Shown: one piece after another, positions 46,126 to 54,491 of the stretch | Numbering within the stretch: position 1 is the first letter of the stretch | Layout: every line of letters starts with the position of its first letter | Origin: Thermoplasmata archaeon | GTDB taxonomy: Archaea; Thermoplasmatota; Thermoplasmata; UBA10834 | Assembly: GCA_021789945.1 (NCBI GenBank) | Contig: JAJYIS010000001.1 | Span: 13,476 to 77,475 of the forward strand | Direction of reading: 5' to 3' | Length of the DNA stretch: 64,000 bases | Translations under genes and position numbers: made by a program | The notes under the pieces: model-generated | Told to the model about the DNA's origin: nothing | Seen by the model: only the letters and a program-made list of their open reading frames with translations | Database searches by the model: none

Positions 46126-47269
46126 AGGGCCGCTCGAGGTCGACCTGTCCGAACTCTCCGGGAGGTCCTACAGATGCATCGAGAACTGCGCCCTGTGCTG
46201 CCTCTGCCAGCCGGAGCTGCTCCCCGACGAGGAGGCGAGGTTCAGGGCGGATCCCAGGCTGGCGGAAGGGGTCACGGACCGGCACATCTCGTCAGAGGTC
46301 AAGGGGGCCGCGCTCAAGCTCAGGGGGGCGCACGGATCATGCTGGTTCCTGGCGGGAAGGCGGTGTCGGATCTACGGCGACCGCCCACACTTCTGCAGGG
46401 CCTTCCCGGTCAGCGTCTTCGTCGGCTGGCGCGTCCAGCTGAACGCGAACCTCTCGTGCAGGGGCATCGGCCTCCCGGGCGAGCGGCTCGAGGACGTCGG
46501 GAAGGGACTGCTCGAGGAGTACGGCGACAGCCGGCTGAGGGACGAGCTCAAGGCTGCGGGCAGGGTCTTCTCAGACTTCGTCAAGAACTGCCGAGAGGCG
46601 TGGGTCGCCCAGTCGTTCTCATCCTTGCGCGATGCCGGCAGGGCTCTCGGAGACGAGCTCATGGATGGCATCGGCCTCAGCAGGGTGCTCACATACGCTG
46701 AGACCGGAAGGACTGCGCAGAACTCGCCGGCTCGGGACATCGTCAAGAAGGTCAGGCGAACAGAGCCCGAGGCGGACATCGAGGAGAGAGCGCTCATTGA
46801 CGGGACAGAGCTGTTCGACCTCCATGACCTGAGCCTCCTACCCATATACCTGGACGAGAACCTGACTTGGAGGATATTCAGGCTGGTCGGGAGGAAGATC
46901 GTGGGCTACGAGCTCGCCGAGGACGGGGGCACGAAGGAGACATCCAGCACCGATCCCGACGAGGTCGAGCTCCTGCCCATGGGAGCAGGCGCAAAGGAGG
47001 CGATGAAGGAATACCTCGGGACGGTCAACTCGAGGGACTGCTTCCTCGGGCATGCGGCGTACCTGTGCGACTCTGAGAACTATGACTACAACCTCGCCCA
47101 GGTCTACCTGGGCGCGCTCGCGAACAACGCGCTCGACCTGTGGTGGAGGGCATCGTTCCTGGCGCACCTGAAGGGGAAGGACTCCCTGGGGCGCCCCGAG
47201 GTCCGGGAGGGCATCGTCTTCTTCGATATGGACCTGCTTGACCTCCCGACGATCGGGGCGTTCATATAG
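46109..47269 (+). CDS. YkgJ-family Cys-cluster (CxxCxxCC) protein with a long C-terminal region
   Basis: CIENCALCC, CWFL..RRCRIYGDRPHFCRAFP motifs. Confidence 0.8.
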   Translation: MQRGSEGPLEVDLSELSGRSYRCIENCALCCLCQPELLPDEEARFRADPRLAEGVTDRHISSEVKGAALKLRGAHGSCWFLAGRRCRIYGDRPHFCRAFPVSVFVGWRVQLNANLSCRGIGLPGERLEDVGKGLLEEYGDSRLRDELKAAGRVFSDFVKNCREAWVAQSFSSLRDAGRALGDELMDGIGLSRVLTYAETGRTAQNSPARDIVKKVRRTEPEADIEERALIDGTELFDLHDLSLLPIYLDENLTWRIFRLVGRKIVGYELAEDGGTKETSSTDPDEVELLPMGAGAKEAMKEYLGTVNSRDCFLGHAAYLCDSENYDYNLAQVYLGALANNALDLWWRASFLAHLKGKDSLGRPEVREGIVFFDMDLLDLPTIGAFI

Positions 47270-47274
47270 GGGTT

Positions 47275-47715
47275 CTATCTGACTTCCAGCGCCTGGAACC
47301 CGGAATCGGGGTCGTTCCCGAACGCGTCAAGCCTTCCACGGATCATCCATGTGTGGCGCACCTGGCCATTGTACGTGGGCTGGCCCATCGGCAGGCTGAT
47401 CGTCCCCTCGAAGGTCTTGCTCTCGTTCGGCTGAAGCACGAAGGCCGGGCCCACGGGGATCGACTGCTTGACGGTCTCGTGGTTGATGTTGACCATCTGC
47501 TGGCAGTGGTTGCACTTGACCTGGCCCTGCTCTGAGGCGTGGATGTCCACGAAGACCCCGCCAGATTTCACTTCCTTGCCCATCGAGACGACGGTCACCT
47601 TGACCTGCAAGGGATCTCCCGGCTTCATCGGCTGATGCGCGTATTCGATGCTCACCTTCGCTGCGCCGCCCGTGACTGCCTGGGCGGCTGACTTCATCTT
47701 GTCTAGGAAGCCCAA
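47275..47715 (-). CDS. Spo0M/arrestin-like beta-sandwich protein
   Basis: MGFLDKMK...GGAAKV N-terminus; WMIRGRLDAFGNDPD C-terminus; TTG start. Confidence 0.6.
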   Translation of the reverse strand: MGFLDKMKSAAQAVTGGAAKVSIEYAHQPMKPGDPLQVKVTVVSMGKEVKSGGVFVDIHASEQGQVKCNHCQQMVNINHETVKQSIPVGPAFVLQPNESKTFEGTISLPMGQPTYNGQVRHTWMIRGRLDAFGNDPDSGFQALEVR

Positions 47716-47974
47716 TTGACCCACCTAGCGAAAGATTGGCACAGCGCGGGTTATGTCCTTTTCGGACGCAATATCAAGAACGATAATCATCTGGCATGCT
47801 GGGTTCAAATAGGCCTTCGCCCTGGCCGGACCCTCTGGGAGCCGAAAGTCAACGGCCGCAGCGCGTTCGCCTTCGTAGATTGGTCATCCCCGCTATATTC
47901 GAAACTAGGCGTATCGAAAGCGTTATCAATGCGAAATGATTGTACTCTTTTCGAATATTTTGGGGGAGGACGCG

Positions 47975-48448
47975 TTGACGGAAAAGCAACCCGAAGTGAC
48001 CCTTGACAAGAACGACAAGATCATCCTGAAAATGCTTCAAGAGGACTCGAACGTGAGCCTCAAGAAGATCGGCGAGAAGACTGGCCTCTCGTCCTCGACG
48101 GTGCACTACAGGGTGAACAGGCTCATCGAGGAGAAGGTCATAACCGGGTTCAAGGCCAGCGTGGACCCGCTCAAGGTGGGCAAGGAGATTCTCGCGATAT
48201 CGCTCGTGACCGGCAGGTACGGGCCGGACTACTCCAGGAAGATCGGGGAGAAGATCGCGAAGATCCCAGGAGTATGGGCGGTCTACTTCCTGCTTGGGAA
48301 CATCGATTTCGCCGTGCTCCTGAGGGCCTCCTCGAGGGAGGAGCTGAAGGAGGTCGTGGATGCCTTCATCAAGATCGAGGAGGTTGAGCGGAGCAACACC
48401 TACCTCATCCTCGACAGGATCAAGGAAGACACGACGGTTCAGCTCTGA
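47975..48448 (+). CDS. Lrp/AsnC family transcriptional regulator
   Basis: LDKNDKIILKMLQEDS...IGEKTGLSSSTVHYRVNRL...GVITGF; C-terminal RAM domain. Confidence 0.92.
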   Translation: MTEKQPEVTLDKNDKIILKMLQEDSNVSLKKIGEKTGLSSSTVHYRVNRLIEEKVITGFKASVDPLKVGKEILAISLVTGRYGPDYSRKIGEKIAKIPGVWAVYFLLGNIDFAVLLRASSREELKEVVDAFIKIEEVERSNTYLILDRIKEDTTVQL

Positions 48449-48536
48449 TGACACAGCCAGAAGGCCCGAATTGGCGCAGTGTTACTACGAAAAGGTTTAA
48501 GTAAAGTACCCGTTATCAGGCAGATGGTGATCTAAT

Positions 48537-48752
48537 TTGCAGAAACCCCTGGCTGTTCTAAACAAGGCCATCAACCAGCAGGTGATAGTCGAGCTCAAGG
48601 GCAAGAGGGGCTACCGGGGGACTCTGGACGGGTACGACCCGCACATGAACCTCGTGCTGAAGAACGCCGAGGAGATTCACGAGGACAAGGTCGTCAAGAA
48701 GATCGAGTCGACCATCGTCCGCGGGGACAATGTGATATACATATCACCTTGA
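48537..48752 (+). CDS. Sm-like (Lsm/SmAP1) protein
   Basis: [24 protein letters not shown]...[12 protein letters not shown]. Confidence 0.95.
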   Translation: MQKPLAVLNKAINQQVIVELKGKRGYRGTLDGYDPHMNLVLKNAEEIHEDKVVKKIESTIVRGDNVIYISP

Positions 48753-48765
48753 GGCAGGGTCGGAG

Positions 48766-48933
48766 ATGACAAAGGGCACCCCGTCAATGGGAAAGCGCAG
48801 CGGCAAGAAGACTCACATCGTCTGCAGGCGCTGCGGCAGGCGAGCGTACCATGTGAGGCACAAGGTCTGCGCGTCATGCGGCTTCGGCGCAACAGCTAAG
48901 ATGAGGCACTACAACTGGGCTAAGCAGCATTGA
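48766..48933 (+). CDS. rpl37e: 50S ribosomal protein L37e (absent from ORF track)
   Basis: [41 protein letters not shown]; conserved position after Lsm. Confidence 0.96.
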   Translation: MTKGTPSMGKRSGKKTHIVCRRCGRRAYHVRHKVCASCGFGATAKMRHYNWAKQH

Positions 48934-48962
48934 CCGCATCTATCTTCGGAGGGGGTTGAGGT

Positions 48963-50372
48963 CTGGAACCTGAGCACCCGCAGGACGAGTGCGGCGTTTT
49001 CGCGATAGCCTCCATCTCGAACACGTCGGTGGACATCTTCTACGCGCTTCGCGTGCTCCAGCATCGGGGCCAGGAGTCCGCCGGCATCGCGGTCTACAAC
49101 AACGGCATCAAGGTGATCAAGGGCATGGGCCTGGCGCACCAGGCCCTTAAGCCGGACGATGTCAAGAACCTCAAGGGCGACCGCGGGATAGGCCATGTGA
49201 GGTACTCGACCTTCGGCTCGTCCACCATCGAGAACGCGCAGCCGATCGTCGTCTCCACGAACTACGGCGACATCGCGCTCTGCCACAACGGCGAGATCGT
49301 CAACGCGGACAAGATCATGGACGAGCTCAAGAAGAAGGGCTGGGCGTTCATAACCTCCACGGATTCGGAGATCGCGGTCAGGCTGCTCGCGAACGACATC
49401 GCGAATACTGGGGACCCTGTCAAGTCCCTCAAGAACCTCATGACGATGCTCCAGGGCTCGTACTCGATGACCCTGATGATTGACAGCAGAGTCTTCGCCA
49501 TCAGGGACCCTTTGGGCATCCGCCCGCTCTGCGTCGGGAGGACCAAGACCGGCTACGCCGCGGCCTCCGAGAGCGTCGTGTTCGACACGCTCGGCGGGGA
49601 GTTCTTGAGGGACGTCGAGCCGGGGGAGATCGTGGAGCTGCTTCCGGGCGAGGTCAAGTCGATCAAGACGGGCCTCGCGAAGGGCAGGGCCCATTGCATG
49701 TTCGAATGGGTCTACATCGCACGAGCGGATTCGACCATCGAGGGGCAGCTCGTCTACGAGGTCAGGCGGAGGATAGGCCAGAAGCTCGCCAAGGAGCAGC
49801 CTGTGGAGGCGGACGTCGTGGTGCCCATACCTGACTCGGGAAGGTCCCACGCCATTGGATACGCCGAGGTTGCCGGGATACCCTACTCGGAGGGCCTGAT
49901 GAAGAACAGGTATGTCGAGCGAACGTTCATCATGCCCGAGCAGGCGGAGCGCACGACGAACGTGATGCTCAAGCTCAACCCGCTCAAGAGCGTGATCAAG
50001 GACAAGAGAGTCGTCCTCGTGGACGACTCCATCGTGAGAGGCACGACCATAAGGCAGATCGTGCAGCTCGTGAGGAACGCGGGCGCGAAGGAGGTACATG
50101 TGAGGGTAGGTTCGCCCCCGATCCGCGCGCCCTGCTATTTCGGCATAGACATGAAGACGAGGGACCAGTTCGCCGCGACCGGCAGGACAGTCGAGGAGAT
50201 CGGAAAGATGATCACCGCGGACAGCCTTGGCTACATCTCGGTCGAGGGGCTCGTGGAGGGGATTGGCCTGCCCGCAGGCGACCTGTGCCTCGGATGCCTC
50301 ACCGAGGAGTATCCGATGGCCGTTCCGGGCGAGAAGGTCAGGTACCAGAAGAAGCTGGACTCCTTCGTGTGA
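48963..50372 (+). CDS. purF: Amidophosphoribosyltransferase (probable CTG start)
   Basis: PQDE-CGVF N-terminal nucleophile motif at 48990; LQHRGQESAG, GHVRYST, VDDSIVRGTT and PCYFGID motifs. Confidence 0.94.
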   Translation: MEPEHPQDECGVFAIASISNTSVDIFYALRVLQHRGQESAGIAVYNNGIKVIKGMGLAHQALKPDDVKNLKGDRGIGHVRYSTFGSSTIENAQPIVVSTNYGDIALCHNGEIVNADKIMDELKKKGWAFITSTDSEIAVRLLANDIANTGDPVKSLKNLMTMLQGSYSMTLMIDSRVFAIRDPLGIRPLCVGRTKTGYAAASESVVFDTLGGEFLRDVEPGEIVELLPGEVKSIKTGLAKGRAHCMFEWVYIARADSTIEGQLVYEVRRRIGQKLAKEQPVEADVVVPIPDSGRSHAIGYAEVAGIPYSEGLMKNRYVERTFIMPEQAERTTNVMLKLNPLKSVIKDKRVVLVDDSIVRGTTIRQIVQLVRNAGAKEVHVRVGSPPIRAPCYFGIDMKTRDQFAATGRTVEEIGKMITADSLGYISVEGLVEGIGLPAGDLCLGCLTEEYPMAVPGEKVRYQKKLDSFV

Positions 50373-50431
50373 GGGCGCCGGAGCCTCGGGAAGTATTAAC
50401 TAGACCAATCATATACATCGCAATCCAACAT

Positions 50432-50503
50432 GGGCCGGTAGATCAGCGGCAGATCGCCCGCTTGGCATGCGGGAGGTCGCGAGTTCAAATCTCGCCCGGT
50501 CCA
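50432..50503 (+). tRNA. tRNA-Ala(GGC), no intron, CCA not encoded; probable island integration site
   Basis: GGGCCGG/CCGGTCC acceptor with G3-U70, CCCGC-TTGGCAT-GCGGG, GCGAG-TTCAAAT-CTCGC. Confidence 0.95.
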
Positions 50504-50506
50504 CAC

Positions 50507-51538
50507 TCACGCATAGCCAGACAAATATTTTTCCGTTTCAATTAAATCGTTTTTGCCCGAATTGATTTTTCGAGCTTTTTCAGAGGGATTAACCGAGCCC
50601 CAAGCCCGGTCTATCTCCTCCCGCACCATGGCGTCCGATTTCCGGCAGTAGTAGGTTTCCGTGGTTTTAGTCGACGAGTGCCCCATGCTTTTCGACACTG
50701 CATCAATCGTTGCCCCTCGATCGAGAAGAAGCTGCCCGTAGGTCCGTCTCAGGCTCCTGATGTCGAACTTCACGCCTGACAGTCGCTCCACCTGCCGCTT
50801 GAGCGTGCCTATGCCCTGAGCCGTGTAGAAGTCCATTCTCCCTCTGGGAGAAATGCTGGGGATGAGCGGAACGACATCCTCGCGAGCACCGTGCTCATAC
50901 AGCATCACTGCCCTGGCAGTCATGAAGCGGACCACATGCTCTCTTGCTGGCTCTGGTATGTAAACTACCCTCTTCTCACCCCAGCTCGCCTCGCCCTTCG
51001 GGTGGCGAACCCTGATGGTCCAATTCTGCATGTCTAAATCTTCCAAGTGAGCGAGCCTAAGCTCACTCATCCGGAGGCCACAGTAGCCATAGACGGCCAT
51101 CAGGAAACATGCCACACGGCCCCTCCACCCAGGGATTACGCCCGCGGATGCCATTATCTTGCGGAAGTCATTCTCCGACAATGAGGGCAGCCTCCTGACG
51201 CGCTGCATGGGTATGGCCTGCTTGTTCTGCTCCTGGAGGTTGGCAATTACGGGGTTCCCGCACCACTCGAGGAAGACCTTGAGCTGACCCATCTGCTTGC
51301 TGACTGTGTTGACACTCAAGCCCCTCTCTCTCATTTGCCTCAGCAGCTCCGTCACCTCTAGGACGCCTATCTTCGTCGGGTCGTCTGTCCGGACCTTCTT
51401 CTCGTTCTTCAGCCGACGCAAATCCAAGCCGAGCCTCCTCAGCTTCCTGAGCGTTTCCGCGACGGTCGAGGGGGAGTAGAACCCCTCGGTCTCCTTCGCG
51501 TAGCGCGCTAGAAGCATCAGGTAGGGGTATCTGCCCAT
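50507..51538 (-). CDS. Tyrosine recombinase/integrase
   Basis: GLRMSEL (R), HPKG (K), IRSLRRTYG (R) and MGHSSTKTTETYY (H, Y); ATG 51538 preferred over the ORF-track start. Confidence 0.92.
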   Translation of the reverse strand: MGRYPYLMLLARYAKETEGFYSPSTVAETLRKLRRLGLDLRRLKNEKKVRTDDPTKIGVLEVTELLRQMRERGLSVNTVSKQMGQLKVFLEWCGNPVIANLQEQNKQAIPMQRVRRLPSLSENDFRKIMASAGVIPGWRGRVACFLMAVYGYCGLRMSELRLAHLEDLDMQNWTIRVRHPKGEASWGEKRVVYIPEPAREHVVRFMTARAVMLYEHGAREDVVPLIPSISPRGRMDFYTAQGIGTLKRQVERLSGVKFDIRSLRRTYGQLLLDRGATIDAVSKSMGHSSTKTTETYYCRKSDAMVREEIDRAWGSVNPSEKARKINSGKNDLIETEKYLSGYA

Positions 51539-51810
51539 GGATTGACCCCTCCGCTTCCGGCCGGGCTTGCGCCGATGCTGGCCCACGGAGGCCTCGCCAC
51601 TGCCGCTTTCTGCCTGTTGGACGGCATTGGATCGGCGCTCCACGCCCTGTTCGGGCGCAGGCCTGGAAGAGCTTGCAGAAAGTTTAACCCTTGCCATTCA
51701 GACCAGCACCAGAATAGAGCAGTTTGGCAGGATCTGCGATGGAGGGAGGAAATGCGAGAATTGGAATGCTGGCACGGTAACCGGTCTGTTTGCGTTTCCA
51801 GTGAATCGAT

Positions 51811-51860
51811 CCACGTGGAAAGATTTGGGGGGTATCGGAGCGTGGAATCTTTCCACATGG
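51811..51860. repeat. Inverted repeat CCACGTGGAAAGATT-N20-AATCTTTCCACATGG (14/15 match)
   Basis: Read directly; the same 15-mer recurs at 53200-53214. Confidence 0.85.
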
Positions 51861-52117
51861 GTAGAAAATGAGCTCGCGGCGATACCCTGGATCGAGTTGG
51901 CTCTCGACCCCCGCGCAGTCTTTCCATATGGCTGGACTCGTAGCAAGAAGGAGTGGCGACGATGCCAGACCCGAGAATTTGTCACTGTCTCTGGAGGTTT
52001 TGGAATTCATCAAAACCAAGCGCTCCGATCCTGGACAGTCAATGGGATGAAAACGACACGCCAATCCAGTCTTCGTGGATTGGCGCCCTAAGGGGTTTGA
52101 ACATCATATGAGCCAGC

Positions 52118-52309
52118 TCACTCGTTCTGGTCCTCGACCTCGGAGTCGTCTTCCTCCTCTTCGCCCTCATCTTCGCCGTCGGGGAAGCTCTCGATGTACT
52201 GCAACACGGCGTGGAGTACCAATTCGCGAACGGTGATGCCCATTGCCTTGGCGGTTTCCTTCAGTTGCTCAACAATCTCGCCTTCAAATTCTACCGACAC
52301 ACTACCCAT
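52118..52309 (-). CDS. CopG/ribbon-helix-helix-like small DNA-binding protein with an acidic tail
   Basis: SVSVEFEGEIVEQLKETAKAMGITVRELVLHAV beta-alpha-alpha pattern. Confidence 0.65.
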   Translation of the reverse strand: MGSVSVEFEGEIVEQLKETAKAMGITVRELVLHAVLQYIESFPDGEDEGEEEEDDSEVEDQNE

Positions 52310-52608
52310 GTTCTTCTCCTGGGCCGTAGCCCGCAGGAGGTTATCTCTGTCCGTTGGATATGTTGGAGGTGTGACGGTTTTTCCATGCCTTGCGCGGAAT
52401 TTGACCACGCTACGTCCTACGCAAAGGCAAGCAAGCTGGATGCCATGAGTTAATCCAAGATCATTGGTCGAGAATTGGATTAATTACGTAATATTGACCG
52501 AAAAGTGATTTCCGTTCTTCCTATTTCCTTTTCTACCTTTCTTCCCGTTTTCCCAGTCACCAGTGCTGACGCTATCGAAGTCTTCTTCCTTGCATCGATC
52601 CTTTCACA

Positions 52609-52968
52609 TCAAGCTGAGGATCGTTCTGCTGATGCCTCCTTGACCGATCCGCGGTACTGCCGCAGGTAGCAGTTCCAGCACAATCCCTTCGCTTTGACTG
52701 CAGCCTTTCCGCACCTAGTGCAGAGATGGCCAGGGCAGTACTTCCTTGGATGCTGCACTGGAGTTCCACATATCTGGCAACGATGCTTCTTCCTTTCCGC
52801 ATCGCGCACTCTCTTCTTGCGCTTGGATCGCTTTCGAATCACGTCCTGCATTTTCCAGAGGCATCGACGCGAGCAATAAGGTGAGTTCGCTCGTTCCTTC
52901 GGTTTATTGGCGCCGCAGATTATGCAGAACGGCCATAGGTCGCGACTCTTGCGTCTGTTGATTGCCAT
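52609..52968 (-). CDS. Basic multi-zinc-finger hypothetical protein
   Basis: CIIC..YCSRRC, CQIC..YC, CTRC..CWNC; Arg/Lys-rich. Confidence 0.6.
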   Translation of the reverse strand: MAINRRKSRDLWPFCIICGANKPKERANSPYCSRRCLWKMQDVIRKRSKRKKRVRDAERKKHRCQICGTPVQHPRKYCPGHLCTRCGKAAVKAKGLCWNCYLRQYRGSVKEASAERSSA

Positions 52969-53194
52969 ATCGAAGCACCTCCGACTTCTTTCTCGTGAGG
53001 GCCAAAAATGCCCTCTTCGCGCTAAAAGGATCAAACAGTTCGAATGGTTCTGTTTCAAAGATGCTCGAATCGTTTCTGAAGTTGCCGTGCAGGCTATTTG
53101 GAAGTACTCTGTCCGTGTAGATTAAACCTACGCTGGACGGGGGTATGTCTAGCCACATCGAAAGACAAGCGTAGCAGCTCTGGCCGAAGTCAGG

Positions 53195-53214
53195 TCTTTC
53201 CACGTGGAAAGATT
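53195..53214. repeat. Perfect 18-bp palindrome TCTTTCCACGTGGAAAGA containing a copy of the 51811 motif
   Basis: Read directly. Confidence 0.85.
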
Positions 53215-53364
53215 GCTCAATTCTCGATCACGATCATGAGAGCCGGAAATGGACATCGACGGCCACTCCGCGGCTTGCATGGCTCTGCGTTCATACCATC
53301 GCTCCGAAAGTAACTGTGGCGAGTTTTCTTTCTAATTGAACGGGATTAGTCAATGTTTAGCTCG

Positions 53365-53382
53365 AGCGAGTTCAAGGCTCGC
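53365..53382 (+). repeat. Direct repeat copy 1, AGCGAGTTCAAGGCTCGC (tRNA-Ala T-arm-like hairpin)
   Basis: Exact 18-nt match to 58867-58884; 15/17 match to tRNA-Ala 50479-50495. Confidence 0.85.
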
Positions 53383-53549
53383 CGGTCTCAACTTGGCATG
53401 GCGAAGAATGTCATTTCGACCTCGTCGAGGTCGAAGTGAGTTCATGGCATTTGTCCCTCTGATGGAGAATCAGGAGTAGATCGTGTGAGATGCCAGTGAA
53501 TATTGAAACGAAAGGAAAGAGGTTTCTCCCAGGAGATACTACTCGCTCA

Positions 53550-53834
53550 TCACCAGCAGGGACAGGATCCATAGCTACCATTGTATCCGCCGTTAGTGTA
53601 GTACATCGGGCAGTTCCAGGATCCGTAGCCGCCTGAGGTTGGGGTTCCATAACCGCCCATCATCCCACCGCCCATGTGGCTTCCGCCCATCATGCCGGAC
53701 CCTCCACCGTAGGCTCCACCGTAAGCCGTCGGTGTCGCGGAGCCTGCAGCCCCTAGACCGGAAGTCAAAGCGATTCCTGCAACTACAACCAAAGCCACTG
53801 CCGCGATGATTGCGAACGCAATTGATGTCTTCAT
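53550..53834 (-). CDS. Small exported/membrane Gly-Met-rich protein with C-terminal Cys motifs
   Basis: N-terminal hydrophobic helix; GMMGGSHMGGGMMGG, WNCPM and SCPCW; GGAGGTG SD. Confidence 0.72.
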   Translation of the reverse strand: MKTSIAFAIIAAVALVVVAGIALTSGLGAAGSATPTAYGGAYGGGSGMMGGSHMGGGMMGGYGTPTSGGYGSWNCPMYYTNGGYNGSYGSCPCW

Positions 53835-54002
53835 TCCTTGTTCACCTCCTTTGTTGGCCGGTTTGTCTAACCGGATTCCCGCTACTGCCATTTGGTTGAA
53901 GAGGCACTTAGACCTATCCTGAAAAGCACTGAAAGCGCTTTCATCTGGTGAAAACTAAGCTGAAAATGCCCATCCGTGCAGGATTGAGGAGTCTCTGTCC
54001 AT

Positions 54003-54410
54003 TCAAGATTCACCCCTGATCTTCCTCGCGCTAGTTCCGCTTGTTCTCACGGGGCACCACGGTTGCTGCTTTGCTCCCCGCGCGGATACCCATTCCAGAA
54101 GGGGGATGAGGCGTTCCCTTAGTTCGCGGCCGTCACGAGTGAGCGAATACTTGACGCTTGGAGGGGACGTAGGCAACACTTCCTTGCCCACGAGGCCAAG
54201 CTTCTCGAGCTTCTTCAGGGTATCGGAGAGGGTCTTTGGACTGATACCCTTTAGCTCCTCCCTGAGTTCGTTGAATCGCTTCACGCCCTCGTTACCAAGG
54301 ATCGCGACGACCAGCAATGACCACTTCTTGCCAACGACATCCATGAGGCCGAATAGAGGACAGAAACAGAACTGTTCCGCACACTCATTCGCTTCGGCCA
54401 AGTGTATCAA
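54003..54410 (-). CDS. HxlR-family winged-helix regulator
   Basis: CPL...VVGKKWSLLVV...RFNELREELKGISPKTLSDTLKKLE. Confidence 0.9.
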   Translation of the reverse strand: MIHLAEANECAEQFCFCPLFGLMDVVGKKWSLLVVAILGNEGVKRFNELREELKGISPKTLSDTLKKLEKLGLVGKEVLPTSPPSVKYSLTRDGRELRERLIPLLEWVSARGAKQQPWCPVRTSGTSARKIRGES

Positions 54411-54491
54411 GTATCGTGTATGAAACTGCCGATATTAATAGGTTCATCTCCAATACTTGGTTCAGAAAATGAACCGCCCGAAGGCCGGAAC

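Noticed and set aside
51539-51697. Longer integrase start at 51697
   Set aside because: The extra residues are low-complexity with no integrase features; ATG 51538 begins the coherent domain
53366-53390. T-arm mimic as the true attR of the whole island
   Set aside because: A fresh attR should be identical to the tRNA 3' end; this copy has two loop mismatches and a deletion, has an identical twin at 58867, and island-type cargo continues beyond both
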